From Ascoidea asiatica JCM 7603 (taxonomy: Eukaryota > Fungi > Ascomycota): 56,871 nucleotides of DNA. The notes under the pieces were generated by a model, which was given only the letters and a program-made list of their open reading frames with translations, was not told where the DNA came from and did no database searches. The first letter of the stretch is position 1. Each line of letters opens with the position of its first letter. The stretch lies in contig BCKQ01000019.1 in NCBI GenBank assembly GCA_001600695.1, positions 174,309-231,179 on the forward strand, read 5' to 3'. The position numbers and the translations under genes were made by a program. Positions 11,307-23,990 of this stretch are shown here, in pieces.

Positions 11307-11829
11307 TTTTTTGTCCTCTTGTCAATGATAAAGATCTTTTGAAAGATATTGTTTAATGAGCAAACGAACCAATTTTCTTTTATACTGACTGTAATTGACA
11401 AAGTTCTTATGTCTTTATAAGCATCATCTGTTATACAATTATTTTCATTTATTAGATTACTGGGAAGTTATTCTTCTTCTTCATCCTCTTTAAACCATTT
11501 TTAGTGGCTGTTTGAGTGAATTATCGCTTAATTTCAACCCTTTTTCAAACACCGCAAAACAAAGACAAAGTTATTTGGCTCGTATTTTCATGGCTTTTTT
11601 AAATTTAGGATCACTTCAAAAAGCTTGTAAATAAATGAATATAGAACAATTAATGAGTAATCGAGTACCTATATAATTGAGCGATTGAAGATTATTTAAT
11701 AAGTTCATTCTCTTTCTATGCACAATTCTAGAGATATTTGGCACTGACCTATTTAAGTGAATCAATTAATAAAGAACATAAACAAAATTATATTAAGTCT
11801 TTTTTTATATATAACTCAAAACAATCCAA

Positions 11830-13467
11830 ATGATATTTGATAAATACAGTGTAGATTACTCGTTGTATCTTGTAACTGACAATCAAATGATTCCAGATGG
11901 TCTCACTATGGTTGATCAAGTTAAAGCTGCAATTGAAAATGGGGCAACTATAATTCAATTGAGAGAAAAAAATACTGAAACTAGTGAGTTTATTCAAAGA
12001 GCAAAGGAAGTTCATGACTTAACCATAAAATCAGGAATTCCTTTAATCATTAATGATAGGGTTGATATTGCCTTAGCTGTGGATGCTGAAGGAGTTCATG
12101 TTGGTCATGATGATATGGACCCAATATTGGTTAGAACTCTTATTGGGGATAACAAGATACTTGGTGTCAGTTGCAGAGATGAAGAAGAACTTACTCAAGT
12201 ATTGAAAAATAAGAAGTTATCAAAGCTAGATTATATTGGAATTGGAGCTGTGTTTTCAACAGATACCAAAAAAGTGAAAAAACCTCCTCTTGGTACTAAT
12301 GGAGTTAAGAGTCTATTAAGAATTTTGAGAGACACAAGAGGTTCAAAACAAATTAAAACTGTGATAATTGGAGGTTTGAATCCAAGTAATATTAAAAAAG
12401 TATTATATACAAGCTCTATACCTGGAAGATCAGTAGATGGAGTAGCTGTTGTCTCTTGTATAATGGCTCAAAATGATGCTGGTGCAGCAGCTAGAGAAAC
12501 ACTTAAATCTATTAAAGGAGTTGGCCCATGGTTTAAAGTTCCTGAGTTTTCTAGTATTAAAAGTTTTTCTTTTGAACAATTAATGAGTGCTTTATTAACT
12601 TCCGTTCAAATGAATAAACCAATGGTCCATCATATAACTAATGATGTTGTAATGAATTTTTCTGCAAATGTTACAATCGCAATTGGTGGCTCTCCTATAA
12701 TGACAAAATTTGCTGATGAATTCAGCGATTTAAGTTTAATTCCATACTCTTCATTGTTATTAAATACAGGAACATTAACTTTAGATTCAATTCCAGTTTA
12801 CGATGAAGCTATAATTCAATATAATAAATCTGGAAGTCCAATAGTATTAGATCCTGTTGGATGTGGTGCAACAACTGCAAGGAAAGATTATTTGAAAAAA
12901 TTGTTGAATTCAGAAAATTATTTCAATGTAATCAAAGGAAATTGCCAAGAAATTTTATGTGCTTCAGGTATAGAAAATATTAAAATGAGAGGTGTTGATA
13001 TTTCCAATAAAAATGATGTTGATGAAAGTAGCTTAATTAAAGCTGGAATTAAATTAGCTTTAAGTCAAAGATGTGTGGTTGTAATAACTGGTGAATTTGA
13101 TATAATAATAAATGGTATCTTAAATCCTAATGAAGTAAATATATCAAAATTCAAGAAAACTAGAATAAAAGTAGCAAAGGTGGTTGGAGGTCATCCATTG
13201 ATGGGTAAAATCACTGGATCTGGTTGTTCTTTAGGAAGTGTAATTGCAACATTTATCGGTTCTAATGCCATTGATATATTTCAAGCAACTGTTTCTGCTG
13301 TTACAGTTTATAATGAAGCTGGTTATTTGGCTGCTCTTCAATCTAGTGGTCCAGGGACATTTATGCCTCAATTTCTTGATAAACTTTATAGTCTACCCAA
13401 TGAAGGAAAAAGTATCAGAGATTGGTATACAAAAGCTATTTTTTCTGAACAAGATTACCTAGAATAA
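11830..13467 (+). CDS. THI6: Bifunctional thiamine-phosphate diphosphorylase / hydroxyethylthiazole kinase
   Basis: DYSLYLVTD, QLREK, INDRVDIALA, HHITNDVVMNFSAN, LDPVGCGAT, ITGSGCSLG. Confidence 0.95.
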   Translation: MIFDKYSVDYSLYLVTDNQMIPDGLTMVDQVKAAIENGATIIQLREKNTETSEFIQRAKEVHDLTIKSGIPLIINDRVDIALAVDAEGVHVGHDDMDPILVRTLIGDNKILGVSCRDEEELTQVLKNKKLSKLDYIGIGAVFSTDTKKVKKPPLGTNGVKSLLRILRDTRGSKQIKTVIIGGLNPSNIKKVLYTSSIPGRSVDGVAVVSCIMAQNDAGAAARETLKSIKGVGPWFKVPEFSSIKSFSFEQLMSALLTSVQMNKPMVHHITNDVVMNFSANVTIAIGGSPIMTKFADEFSDLSLIPYSSLLLNTGTLTLDSIPVYDEAIIQYNKSGSPIVLDPVGCGATTARKDYLKKLLNSENYFNVIKGNCQEILCASGIENIKMRGVDISNKNDVDESSLIKAGIKLALSQRCVVVITGEFDIIINGILNPNEVNISKFKKTRIKVAKVVGGHPLMGKITGSGCSLGSVIATFIGSNAIDIFQATVSAVTVYNEAGYLAALQSSGPGTFMPQFLDKLYSLPNEGKSIRDWYTKAIFSEQDYLE

Positions 13468-13796
13468 GTTTATAAGTTTTCCGATTTTAAGTGAGTCAAA
13501 AAAAAATTAATGAGAATCTATAATATTTATTTAATTGAATGACTATAATGTTATCAGCTTTCTCGAAAATTGAAGGGAAAATTAATCACTGACTTTTTTA
13601 AGCCTTTTTTTGATTGTCCTTACGCTACCAATATACACCTTTTAGGCTTAGAAATTGGATAGACAAAACTTGTTTTTTTTTGAAAAATCACTAAAAAGAA
13701 AAATCCTGACAAAAGTTTTTATTCCTTTGATTATCATTATTAAAAATCAGAAATGATAAAGTTGGAAGTCGATTTGAAAAAAGTCAAATAAACTTA

Positions 13797-15203
13797 TCAA
13801 AAGTTCAAGGTTTTCTTTAAGGTGAATGTGACAATTATTGGTAGACTGATAATAAGAATAATATACTGGAATAAGAAACATATACCCAAACAATCCATTT
13901 GTAAATGCTCTTGATGATCATTTTTTTCATGACTTTTATTAACAGGAGTGAAGAAAGCAGTTAGATAAACTTGGATTGTAAAAATTGGAAAGCCCCAGTT
14001 TAATACAAGAATTAAAGAAAATAAAATATCATTTTCTTTTTGTTTATTAATCCAATTCATTTTATTTAATGCTTTTAGAAAAAATGTTCCGATAATTGGC
14101 ATTATGCATAGTTTCAAAATTGCCAATAATATAGCAGATTTCCAAAATCCTTTTGGGAATTTTTGAATTTTTAGCTTTGCAATGGTACTTCCTAATAATA
14201 ATAAACCAAATGGTACTTGAGCATTTGCTAAATATGAAGTAAGATCCATTAAGAAGTTCAATGGTGGTAAATTATCTGGAGCATTGGGGATTGATATAGT
14301 TGTATCAACAAATAATGCTTTTAGCCATGGAACTAATGAAATTATTATTGATATTATTAATGCAAAAGCTGGAGGCCTAAGAAAATTGTAAAAAAAAAAA
14401 TATAAAACTTTGACTAATTTTGAGCCAACTTTTTTAAAATCTTTCAATTTTTTCATTCTTTTGAAAAACTTATCAATATTGAGTCTGATATTTTTCTTTT
14501 TTTTATTCGGTTCATTTAGATATTCTATTGAAACTTCGTTTAGGTTTTCATTTAAAACATCTTTTATAGGTAAGTTCGTTGATTTTGAAATTGATATATT
14601 TATACTTTTTTCAATGACTTTATTATTATCTTCGTGTGGATTTTTTTCGATATCATTTTTAAAATCACTTTCGATTTTTTCATTAGTAAAATCTAATTGA
14701 ACCAATCTAAATAACCCAAAATTAAAACACATTAATAAATTAACACAGACAAAAATTAAATCAAAAGCAACACATTTATCTCCTTGAGATTGGGTTAATA
14801 TTGAACTATTTATTAAAGATTGAATATAAGCAATTGGTAAATCGTTATTATTATTGAAAATTGAAGCGAGTATTGAACCAAATTTCCAATTTTTTGGAAT
14901 TGGTGTTAAATAATAATTTAAAATACCAATCAAGAATCCCAAAAAATTGATAACAAAAGTCGAAAAAAATATAATTCCAATATAATTCAAATCTTTTATT
15001 GAAATATTTGTGATGATTTTATTTAGAATCATTGAAGGTAATAAAATATTCAAAATTATTGAAGACAAATTCTTAGTTGTGTTTATTGATAAAATATCCT
15101 TTTTAGATAAAATGAATCCAATGAATATAATTGAGTATATTTTGATCATTGGCTTAACAGAACACCATATTATTATTCCAATTTTTGTATTATCACCTTT
15201 CAT
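13797..15203 (-). CDS. Auxin-efflux-carrier (Mem_trans) family transporter, ECM3/YLR152C-like
   Basis: VKPMIKIY, DLPIAYIQS, APDNLPPLNFLMD, VPFGLLLLG; two hydrophobic halves separated by a hydrophilic loop. Confidence 0.88.
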   Translation of the reverse strand: MKGDNTKIGIIIWCSVKPMIKIYSIIFIGFILSKKDILSINTTKNLSSIILNILLPSMILNKIITNISIKDLNYIGIIFFSTFVINFLGFLIGILNYYLTPIPKNWKFGSILASIFNNNNDLPIAYIQSLINSSILTQSQGDKCVAFDLIFVCVNLLMCFNFGLFRLVQLDFTNEKIESDFKNDIEKNPHEDNNKVIEKSINISISKSTNLPIKDVLNENLNEVSIEYLNEPNKKKKNIRLNIDKFFKRMKKLKDFKKVGSKLVKVLYFFFYNFLRPPAFALIISIIISLVPWLKALFVDTTISIPNAPDNLPPLNFLMDLTSYLANAQVPFGLLLLGSTIAKLKIQKFPKGFWKSAILLAILKLCIMPIIGTFFLKALNKMNWINKQKENDILFSLILVLNWGFPIFTIQVYLTAFFTPVNKSHEKNDHQEHLQMDCLGICFLFQYIILIISLPIIVTFTLKKTLNF

Positions 15204-15680
15204 TATTTCTTACTATTGTCATTAATACAATTAATGTAAAGTTATAGTTACTTGATTTGATATTATCCATTTCTTCGAAAACTTTTAATAATATTGAAAA
15301 TACTGATAAAATTCGAATATATATATAAATAAGAATAGATTCAATAGATCTACTTCGATGTTATCTCTGATTTGATTTAATTCGATTTAATTTGATTTCA
15401 AGCTAATCAATATCTGAGCAATAAATATGAGATTGTGATTATTAATATCACAGTTTTATTGCCATTATGACTAATATTGGCTAAGATTCCATTATATCGA
15501 ATTTTCAAAGCGCAAATGTTTCCAATAAGGATTTCTCATACATTGAAACAAAGCAGATAAAAGATAAAAAGAGAAGATAAATGAGAAACTGTTTAGCAAA
15601 ATCTCAGAAAAATTATTTAATTTAGAGCTTTTATTGAAATAGATTATTGTTGTATTTTGAATTTGAGTTCCTTTTCTTTC

Positions 15681-15723
<43 letters not shown>

Positions 15724-16366
15724 TATTGAGTGAATGATATTTTATCCAGGTTCTATTATTTTATGCTATTTTGATTTCTCTGACTTTATGAACTTAAGAA
15801 TTTCAGTTGTATTTCCAATCCACTTTTTTGGCTAGACATTTTCAGAGTTCTCATTCTTCTATTTAACTGAAACTGATGAAACTGAAAAAACTGAAACCGA
15901 TGAAAATATTGAATTTTCTTTGTTTCAAAATAAGATCAAAATTACCGAAAATTCTTCATGGTGACAAAATATTATTGCAAAAAAATAAAGGAATATGATT
16001 GTTATTTTACATATTTGAGTTAAAAAATGTTGCTTAGTGCACTGATGGTAGTCAGTGGTGAAAGAGATTCTGATTCGCAATATTCACTTGGAAAATGGCA
16101 TTGTTGATGTTTAGAGACTGTATTGATAATTGCAGATCAAATAATATTTCAGAGAATATTAACTGGAAAACGTTGTCATTGAATATGTTCATTCAAAGTA
16201 ATAAGAATGAAAATAGACGAAAACAATCTTTTGGTATAAATACAAAGCCAGATAAGCTTAATTTCATAAACTTGAATATTTATTTAATTTTTTATTATCT
16301 AATTATATATATCTATCTACTTTGATATTTTTATACAATATATTAAATCTATCAAAAAATAAAGTA

Positions 16367-16423
<57 letters not shown>

Positions 16424-16491
16424 ATTAATATTATTTTTGATTAAAATCAGTCATTCCTTTAAATTTTTAAATTATTTTATTTCAATTAAAA

Positions 16492-17688
16492 ATGCAATTA
16501 AGTTTATCTACATTAACAGTTTTGGCAACATTTCTTGTTAAAAATTCCATGGGAGAAGAATGTGCAACAGTTTATGGTCAATGTGGTGGTGCCAATTGGA
16601 CAGGTGCAACATGTTGTGCATCAGGTTCATCTTGTGTTGAATATAATGATTATTATTCTCAATGTGTAGCAGATTCAGGATCAGATTCATCTGCTGTCGT
16701 TGGAAACATTACAGAAAGTTCAACTGAAATTGCTGGTAATTTCTCTAGTCCAGCAACAGTTGTTAATAATTCATCATCTTCTGCTTATTCTTCATCTAGT
16801 GCTTTTATTTATTCATCAGAATCTGTTGAAAATACTGAAGCTGTTGCAGCTGCAACTATTTCAACTTCTAGTTCAAAAGTTTCTTCTACTTCTAGTTCCA
16901 TTGAAACAGTTTCATCTTCAACTAAAGCAACAACTGTTGAAAGCTCTAGTAGTGCTTCTTCTGCATCATCTTTAGCAGCTTCCTCTGAATCTTCAGCAGG
17001 ATCTTCAACATCTACATCTTCTAGTTCATCTAGTTCTTCAACAGCAGAAGTTATTTCAGGTGGATCATCAGGAACCGGTACTACAACTAGATATTGGGAT
17101 TGTTGTAAACCATCATGTTCATGGTCTGGTAAAGCATCAGTTGGATCACCAGTTGATGCCTGTAGTTCAGATGGTTCAACAGTTTTAGGAGTTGATGTTC
17201 AAAGTGGATGTACTGGTGGTACTGCATACATGTGTATTGATCAACAACCATGGGAAGTTAGTGATAATTTAGCATATGGTTTTGCAGCTACTTCAATTTC
17301 AGGAGGATCAGAATCTTCAATGTGTTGTTCATGTTATTTATTAACATTTACTTCAGCTGCAATTAGTGGAAAACAAATGATTGTTCAAGCAACAAATACC
17401 GGATCAGATTTAAGCACAAATCAATTCGATATTGCATTACCAGGTGGTGGACAAGGTATTTATTCAGGTTGTACTGCACAATATGGATCAAGTTATTCAT
17501 GGGGAGAACAATACGGTGGAGTTTCTTCGGAATCAGATTGTGCTAATTTACCAACTGATTTACAAGCTGGTTGTGAATTTAGATTTGGTTGGTTTGAAGG
17601 AGCTGATAATCCAACTGTTTCTTTTGAACAAGTTGTTTGTCCAACTGAAATCACAGATAAATCTGGCTGTATCAGAGATGACCAATAG
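16492..17688 (+). CDS. Secreted GH45 endo-1,4-beta-glucanase with N-terminal CBM1 and Ser/Thr linker
   Basis: Signal peptide; CBM1 YGQCGGANWTGATCC..GSSC...NDYYSQC; catalytic TTRYWDCCKPSCSW and TNTGSDL..NQFDIALPGGG. Confidence 0.97.
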   Translation: MQLSLSTLTVLATFLVKNSMGEECATVYGQCGGANWTGATCCASGSSCVEYNDYYSQCVADSGSDSSAVVGNITESSTEIAGNFSSPATVVNNSSSSAYSSSSAFIYSSESVENTEAVAAATISTSSSKVSSTSSSIETVSSSTKATTVESSSSASSASSLAASSESSAGSSTSTSSSSSSSSTAEVISGGSSGTGTTTRYWDCCKPSCSWSGKASVGSPVDACSSDGSTVLGVDVQSGCTGGTAYMCIDQQPWEVSDNLAYGFAATSISGGSESSMCCSCYLLTFTSAAISGKQMIVQATNTGSDLSTNQFDIALPGGGQGIYSGCTAQYGSSYSWGEQYGGVSSESDCANLPTDLQAGCEFRFGWFEGADNPTVSFEQVVCPTEITDKSGCIRDDQ

Positions 17689-17897
17689 ATGACTTGAATT
17701 GTTCTTATTTAGCTTTATTTGTATATTTCTTTCATAATTTGCATAAATGTCATACTTTTTATATAATATTTTTGATTCTTGATTCTAGATTCTTGATTCT
17801 TGATTTATTTTTGTACATAAAAAAATAAGCAAAAAAAGAAAAGTGAAAAAGTACTATGAAAATGGAAAAATCGTTTTTTGCAAACATTTAACGTTTT

Positions 17898-17969
17898 GGT
17901 TGTATAGTGTAGTGGTGATCACCTTCGGTTTTGATCCGGATAACCCCGGTTCGAGTCCGGGTACGACCT
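17898..17969 (+). tRNA. tRNA-Gln(UUG)
   Basis: GGTTGTA/TACGACC acceptor stem, TTCGG-TTTTGAT-CCGGA arm, GGTTCGAGTCC. Confidence 0.95.
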
Positions 17970-18137
17970 TTCTTATTTTTATTTTATTTTTATTAATTTT
18001 TTGCTGTTTTTTTTTAATTCTGTTCCATTTATGGGAATTTGTGGCCGGTGAGTGTGATTTTTTTGAGATTAACCGTTGTGTTTTGAGGCTTGTGCATGGC
18101 AAAGTCAGCAAAAAAGGCAAAAAAACAACAAGCATGA

Positions 18138-18209
18138 TCCGTGATAGTTTAGTGGCTAGAATTGCCGCTTGTCGCGTGGCAGACCGGGGTTCAATTCCCC
18201 GTCGCGGAG
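18138..18209 (+). tRNA. tRNA-Asp(GUC)
   Basis: TCCGTGATAGTTTAGTGG...TTGTCGC...GGTTCAATTCCCCGTCGCGGAG followed by a T run. Confidence 0.96.
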
Positions 18210-19633
18210 CTTTTTTTTTTTTTTCTCTTGAACTGGTCTGTTTTTTTGGTTCGAGTTTCTTTTTGTGCTACCACAAACCTTAACGGCGGTGATTGGTGGT
18301 GCTATCGAAGTTACAAAAAATACCTTTAATAGTAAGAAAGATAATGATACTGAGGAAAAAGAGTATTTTTTTATACTTTCTTGTAAAAAGACTACACATT
18401 TTAGAAGTACAATCATTTTATTTTTTGGTTTCGATTTAATTATGACGTTTCCTTGAAACAATGGCTGATGAAACTTGTTAGTAAATATATGAATAATCAG
18501 AGTTCTTACTCTTACTCTTACTTTGTATTGGTAAATAAATTTATACGATCACATTCTATTTAAAAAACTTTTTTATTATTTATAAGAAAATATAATTATT
18601 TATCTAAGGTCAAAATGTCTTTGAAATGATAAATTTGAGAAAATTATTCAATAAAAGTAATTGAATAAAGAATAAAACATCTTAAAATGGAGTTTTTATA
18701 TTCGATATATTTTATCTTTTCATTCTCATTTCAAAATTAAATTAATAATTCATCGTACCTTGCAAGACCCAAACACGAGAAATTTAACCTTGATTTAGAA
18801 ATCATTTCAAAATCAGATGAAATTAAAAAATATTTAATAAGACCAAACCAAACAAAATCAAAATCAAATGAAATAATGAAATATAAAAAAATTAAAATAA
18901 ACGAGTCAAATTTTAATCTCATTTACTTCATTGATAGTCATAAGACTAGTAGTAAATAGTATCTCTATCATATCTTTTTTAGCTCTATTAATTAACTAGC
19001 TTAATTATACTTAATAGAATATTCTTTATCCTTTCAAAAATACTTCATTATTAATATAAATTTACTATTTGATCCTCATTTAATTTCTCTAAAGAACTTT
19101 TCTTTCTTTTTCTTTTATTCTCGATATATTATTGATTTCATATCAGCCTCATATTAACCTCATATTCATATTTATCTTATTATTAATGTTATTATCAAAC
19201 CTATTCAGAGTCTATAACTCAAAAAATAATTTTGACAATTCAATTATTCTCTAACAAATAATAAAGAATAATCTAAGATATCTGAGATTTATCTTAGATT
19301 TGTTTTATAGTTTTTTAGTCATTTCATTCAATTATTGAGGAAATTAAATAATAAAAATTATCTTGTATTCCTATTCATATTATCGAATCGTTTTTTGTTA
19401 TAAAATTGCCTTTAGACTTAATTATTATTTCGATTATTTTATATATATTATATTACATATATTAAATCTTGTAATATACAATATAAATACAATTCAATAT
19501 TCTTCTTTTTTTAAGTCAATTTTACTTTTTTTTTTACATCTGATTTTCAAAAATTTATATAGATAAATATATATATTTATAAATAAATAAAAACATAATC
19601 ATTAACATTAACTTTAAATAAAAATAATAAAAA

Positions 19634-19855
19634 ATGTACTCAGAAGAAGAAATCTCAGTTCATAATCAACCAAATGATTGTTGGGTTGCAATAAATGGTG
19701 CTGTTTATGACGTTACTCAATTTTTAAATTATCATCCAGGTGGTGAACAAATATTATTAAATCATGGAGGTTCTGATGTTTCTCAATTATTCACTCAAAT
19801 TCATACTCATGATGTTATTTCTGAGAACAAAAACTTAGTTAAAAGAGTTGCTTGA
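19634..19855 (+). CDS. Stand-alone cytochrome b5-like heme-binding protein (73 aa)
   Basis: HN..NDCWVAINGAVYDVTQFLNYHPGG...DVSQLFTQIH with both His ligands; AAAAATG start context; no membrane anchor. Confidence 0.88.
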   Translation: MYSEEEISVHNQPNDCWVAINGAVYDVTQFLNYHPGGEQILLNHGGSDVSQLFTQIHTHDVISENKNLVKRVA

Positions 19856-20209
19856 AGTTATTTTTCCTTATTTTCAAAATATTTAATTTAATTTGATCTA
19901 ATTTTAATTTAATAAAAGCTTCTTTTCACTCTACTTCTTTTTTTCCCTTTCATAGGCCTTTTTATTTATTCTTTCTTTTCTTTTTTGACAATAATATATT
20001 AACGATTTATCTGATTCTCTTCTACAATTAATTAAAAATAAATATAATTTTATAAAAATTGTTTTTTAAATATATAAATTAAATTAAATCATTCATTCAA
20101 TTGAAAAAAATTATGTCATAAAATAGCCTTTTGTTTTTTTATAAAAAAGAAAATTGATAGAAAAAAAGTACAAACAAAGAAAAATAAACAAAAAATAATG
20201 AATAAAAAA

Positions 20210-23200
20210 TCATTCAGTGATATAAACTTGAGGAATACAAGTAATACCCTTTTCTTGAACTGTATAAAATGGAGTAAAAGCATCACCTTCAGTTCTCCAA
20301 GCAGATGGAGCACACCATGGGAACTTAGGTTCAAAGAAATGAAGATGACCAAAAGTATTAAATCTATCACCTCTTAAAAGTACTTTCAAAACTTTACCTT
20401 TAGTTAAATCAACTGCAATTTCATTTGGTTTTAATCCTAAATATCCAATTTCTTTATGATCTACAAATACTTTGGCTATTGGAGATTTGAAAAAAGGAAT
20501 TCTTAAAACTGTCTTTCCTGATCCCTTTAATGATTTTCTAATTTTTTCCATACAAATATTATATGTAACATCACCACCATAAAATGGTAACCCTTGTTGA
20601 GTCCAATCACCATAATATAATTCTTTTGGATATTCTACAATCTTGGAATGAAGACCTTTAATTTCAACACCAAATTTTCCCAAAATATGTAACCATTCGA
20701 TACTTTTAAAAATTATTAAATGGAATTGAATAAATTAATTCATATTTACCAGCACTAATCTCAGGTAATTTGATTTTATTAATATCAATATCAACGTAAT
20801 ATCCAGTTTTTTCAATTTTAACATCTTTACCATCCAATGAAACAATTAAACCATCTAAAGTTTCAGTTGATAATTCAGAAAATGGAACAGAAATCTCTGA
20901 ATTAATTTTGAATTTTAAAGAAATACGATGTTCGAAAAATGATTTAATTTCTTCACTTATAGTCCATGGTTGACAATAAATCCTTTTAATGGATAATCTA
21001 ATTTAGTTCTAATAATGTTTTCAATTTTTAAAACTTCTTCTTCATCTTGCCATTCTCCATCATCCAATTTAAATTCAGCTTTATCTAATAGTAATACATT
21101 GGATTCAGCTAATTCAAATGATTCAGGTTCTGGTAAAGAAACAGTTTCTTTCATAACTGGATTTTTAACCATTGAAGCATTGAAAGATTCTTTTGTTGTA
21201 GGTTTCATTCTAAATAAGAAATGACCAATTTGTGGGAAAGTCCAATAAAATTTTGTAGTTTTCTTGGTTTGATCAACATCAACTTTATCAAATTTAGAGT
21301 GAGTACCAGCCATGGTATCATAATATTGTATATCCCAACAACCTTTTAATGTGAAGATACAATTTTCTCTTCTTTGTTTATAAGAAGTATTACAAACGAA
21401 TAAGTATCTTTCATTACCTTCTTCTCTCATATTATATAAAATGGTATCTTCAATTTGAGCATATAATAAACAATCTCTATCTTGAGGATCAACATATTGA
21501 ACATCAATTTCTTTATATGGTTTTAATTTTTCATATAATTGCATTTTTGAAAACATAATTTTTTCAGAACCTTTAATTTTTAAAGGTTTTTTTAAAAGAA
21601 TACCATCTGAGATTGTTGGATCTTCACCCATTATAATAACTTTACCACCTTTATTTGAGAATTTTTGTAATCTTTCAATAGTTGTTGGTCTTAAAGTTTT
21701 ACATGAAGGTACAATTAAAACATCATAATTCATTTTTCCAACTGGAATTGAATCACCATTAGTAATATCTTCAATTTTAGTTTCTTCTGGGAATAAAGAT
21801 TCTGAGATATAATCAAAATCTAAACAACCATAAGATAACCATTTTAATAAATTATCAAAATTTCTTTGTCTTTCTTCTCTTTCAAGTTTTGAATTTTCCC
21901 ATGGACCACAACATTACCAATAACTTTCAATTGGATGAATTACACCAATTCTTACAACTGGAGAACCTCTTGTTAAAAATACATTTAATCTTGAAAAATG
22001 ATCTTCAACATATTTGAAATCTTTATACCAAGGAGATTGATAACCAAGTTGAGCAGGAAAATCTCTTTTTGCTTCACCTTTCATTGAGACCCAAGATAAA
22101 TGTGGTACTCTGAATGTGATACCAAAAGCAGCTTGCCAATCACCTTGACTTTTATAACCTTCAAATGGGAAACCCCAATTTGTAACACCATAATCTTCAG
22201 ATAAAACACCTTCTCTACCATATTGATGAGAAACAGATTGAGCTTGTTTTGCAGTATGATATTCATGTTTATCTTGTAACATATCAATTCCTGGAATTTC
22301 AAAATATTTATAAGATCTCATAGCTTCACCTAAAGCTTGAGTTTGCATAAGAAGATCTTCTTCATTCATCATATGACCAGCTAAATTAATATTATGTTTT
22401 GCACACCATTCAGAAATTGTTTTAATAAAAGCATTATTAAATCTTGTACAAAAATGATCATGATAATGATAACGAGCTTTTGAAAGTAAATTATTTAATA
22501 AATTCCAAAATAATTCAGGAATTTTATCAATAATATTATAATTATAAGTTTTAAAAAAAGTTTTATTTAAATCTGTTGTCCATGGTAAAAAACCTTGTTC
22601 AATTGTATGAGATTTTTCAAAAGCAACTTTATGAGAAAATTGAGGTTCATCAGTGAAAATGGTTTTAACAGTATCACCAAATTGTTTACCTAAAAGTTTA
22701 AAATATTTTTCATGAGTTGATTTTAAAAATTCATTAATTGCATCTTTATTTAAAGTATCAACATAAGTTGAATCATTATAAAAAGAACTTGGAGCAGCTA
22801 ATTCTAAATATGCAAACCAAATTTTTGTTGCATTATCATTCTCAACACTTTCTCTTAAATTTTTTAAATCAATTGAAGATATATTTATTGGATAAAATTT
22901 ATAATTTAAAATTGTACCATCTTGATTTAAAGTAACTTTATAAATACCAATTAAAGAACCATTTTCTTGTCTTACTGCACCTAAACCAAAAGCATTAGAA
23001 ATTGAATCTGGAGTTTTTTTCACCATATGGAGTTATAGTAAATAATAAATTTTTTTGTCTATAATCTGGAAATTTTTTAGGTATAACACCACCACATGAA
23101 CCACTTGGCCAACGATCTTCATCATATAAATAAGTTAACATTTCATTATCATTACCAGCTTTATTACATTTTTTAACTAAACTCATAAATTCATCACCCA

Positions 23201-23408
23201 TATATTCAGTATCTAAACCAGTTCTTGAATGTATATGAAACCCACCAAAACCCATATTTTTTAAATCTTCAATTTCTTTTAATAATTGATTTTCATTTAA
23301 TTTATTATTCCATGACCATAATGGAGCACCTCTATATTCTTTTGGAGGATTATGAAAATTTTCTAAATCCAAAGGTTCATGAGAATGAGGATAAAATGGA
23401 GTAGTCAT
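20210..23408 (-). pseudogene. Disrupted ~1065-aa intracellular glycoside hydrolase, GH106 (alpha-L-rhamnosidase)-like
   Basis: Four track ORFs join into one protein (PPKEYRGAPLWSWN, GFGGFHIHSRTGL, LYDEDRWPSG, IFTDEP, PGIDML, GEAKRDFP). Breaks: extra base in the run at 23014-23020, in-frame TAA at 21914-21916 (ESYW*CCGP), and a frameshift near 20980 (restored frame ...YCQPW...). Confidence 0.82.
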
Positions 23409-23739
23409 TTTGAGATAAGTAATTATATTATTGATTATTATATTTTATACTTAAGTTATTAATTAGAAATAATTGAAAAGAATAGAAAATAAAAGAAATA
23501 TTAAATATAAAACACTTTTATTTAAACAATTATTTAATTGATTTAAATAAGAATTATATTTTTTCAATTTTAATTAATTTGTAATAAATGCTTCAATCAA
23601 TATTTAATAAATAATGAATATTTTGGGATAATTTAGGATATTTATCATGACTTAAGACATTTTGGAGAATATATTTATTCTGTCATAAAGAAATAAACTC
23701 AATAAGAGTGAAATTCGCACTAAAGAAAAGACGATTTTC

Positions 23740-23990
23740 GAAATCTGGGGAAGATTCAAGAGCAAAACATGCGGAAATTCAAAGGAAAAGCCACGGAAAT
23801 GGCAATTTCAAGGATATCATATCCTCAAATATGGTCTCAACTTGATTTTAGATCGGGGCAAAAAATAAATAAAAGTCCTAGAATTTGGCCTTTAAAACCT
23901 CACCAGAAAGATAAAAGAAGATATACCCGAAAGCTATAACCGAACATATTCTGGGAACATATATCCGGAAGGTATCTCCGCCAAATCTCT
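23740..23990. promoter_or_regulatory. CGG/CCG triplet cluster and Mig1/CreA-like CTGGGG site upstream of the hydrolase
   Basis: TCTGGGG, CGGAAAT x2, CGGGG, CCGAAAG, CCGAAC, CCGGAAG packed in about 250 bp of otherwise CG-poor DNA. Confidence 0.45.

Noticed and set aside
11307-11829. TPP riboswitch in or near the THI20/THI6 genes
   Set aside because: No CUGAGA / GAUAA-type aptamer core or intron found in the spacer or in the THI20 3' hairpin region
15681-16420. (TAT)n tracts and other simple repeats (e.g. 32577 TTTC, 32769 CATTATA)
   Set aside because: Ordinary microsatellites, abundant throughout this AT-rich sequence
21914-21916. Stop-codon reassignment or an intron explaining the hydrolase TAA
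   Set aside because: TAA terminates many intact genes here; the frame continues directly with no branch site; a single TTA-to-TAA change explains it
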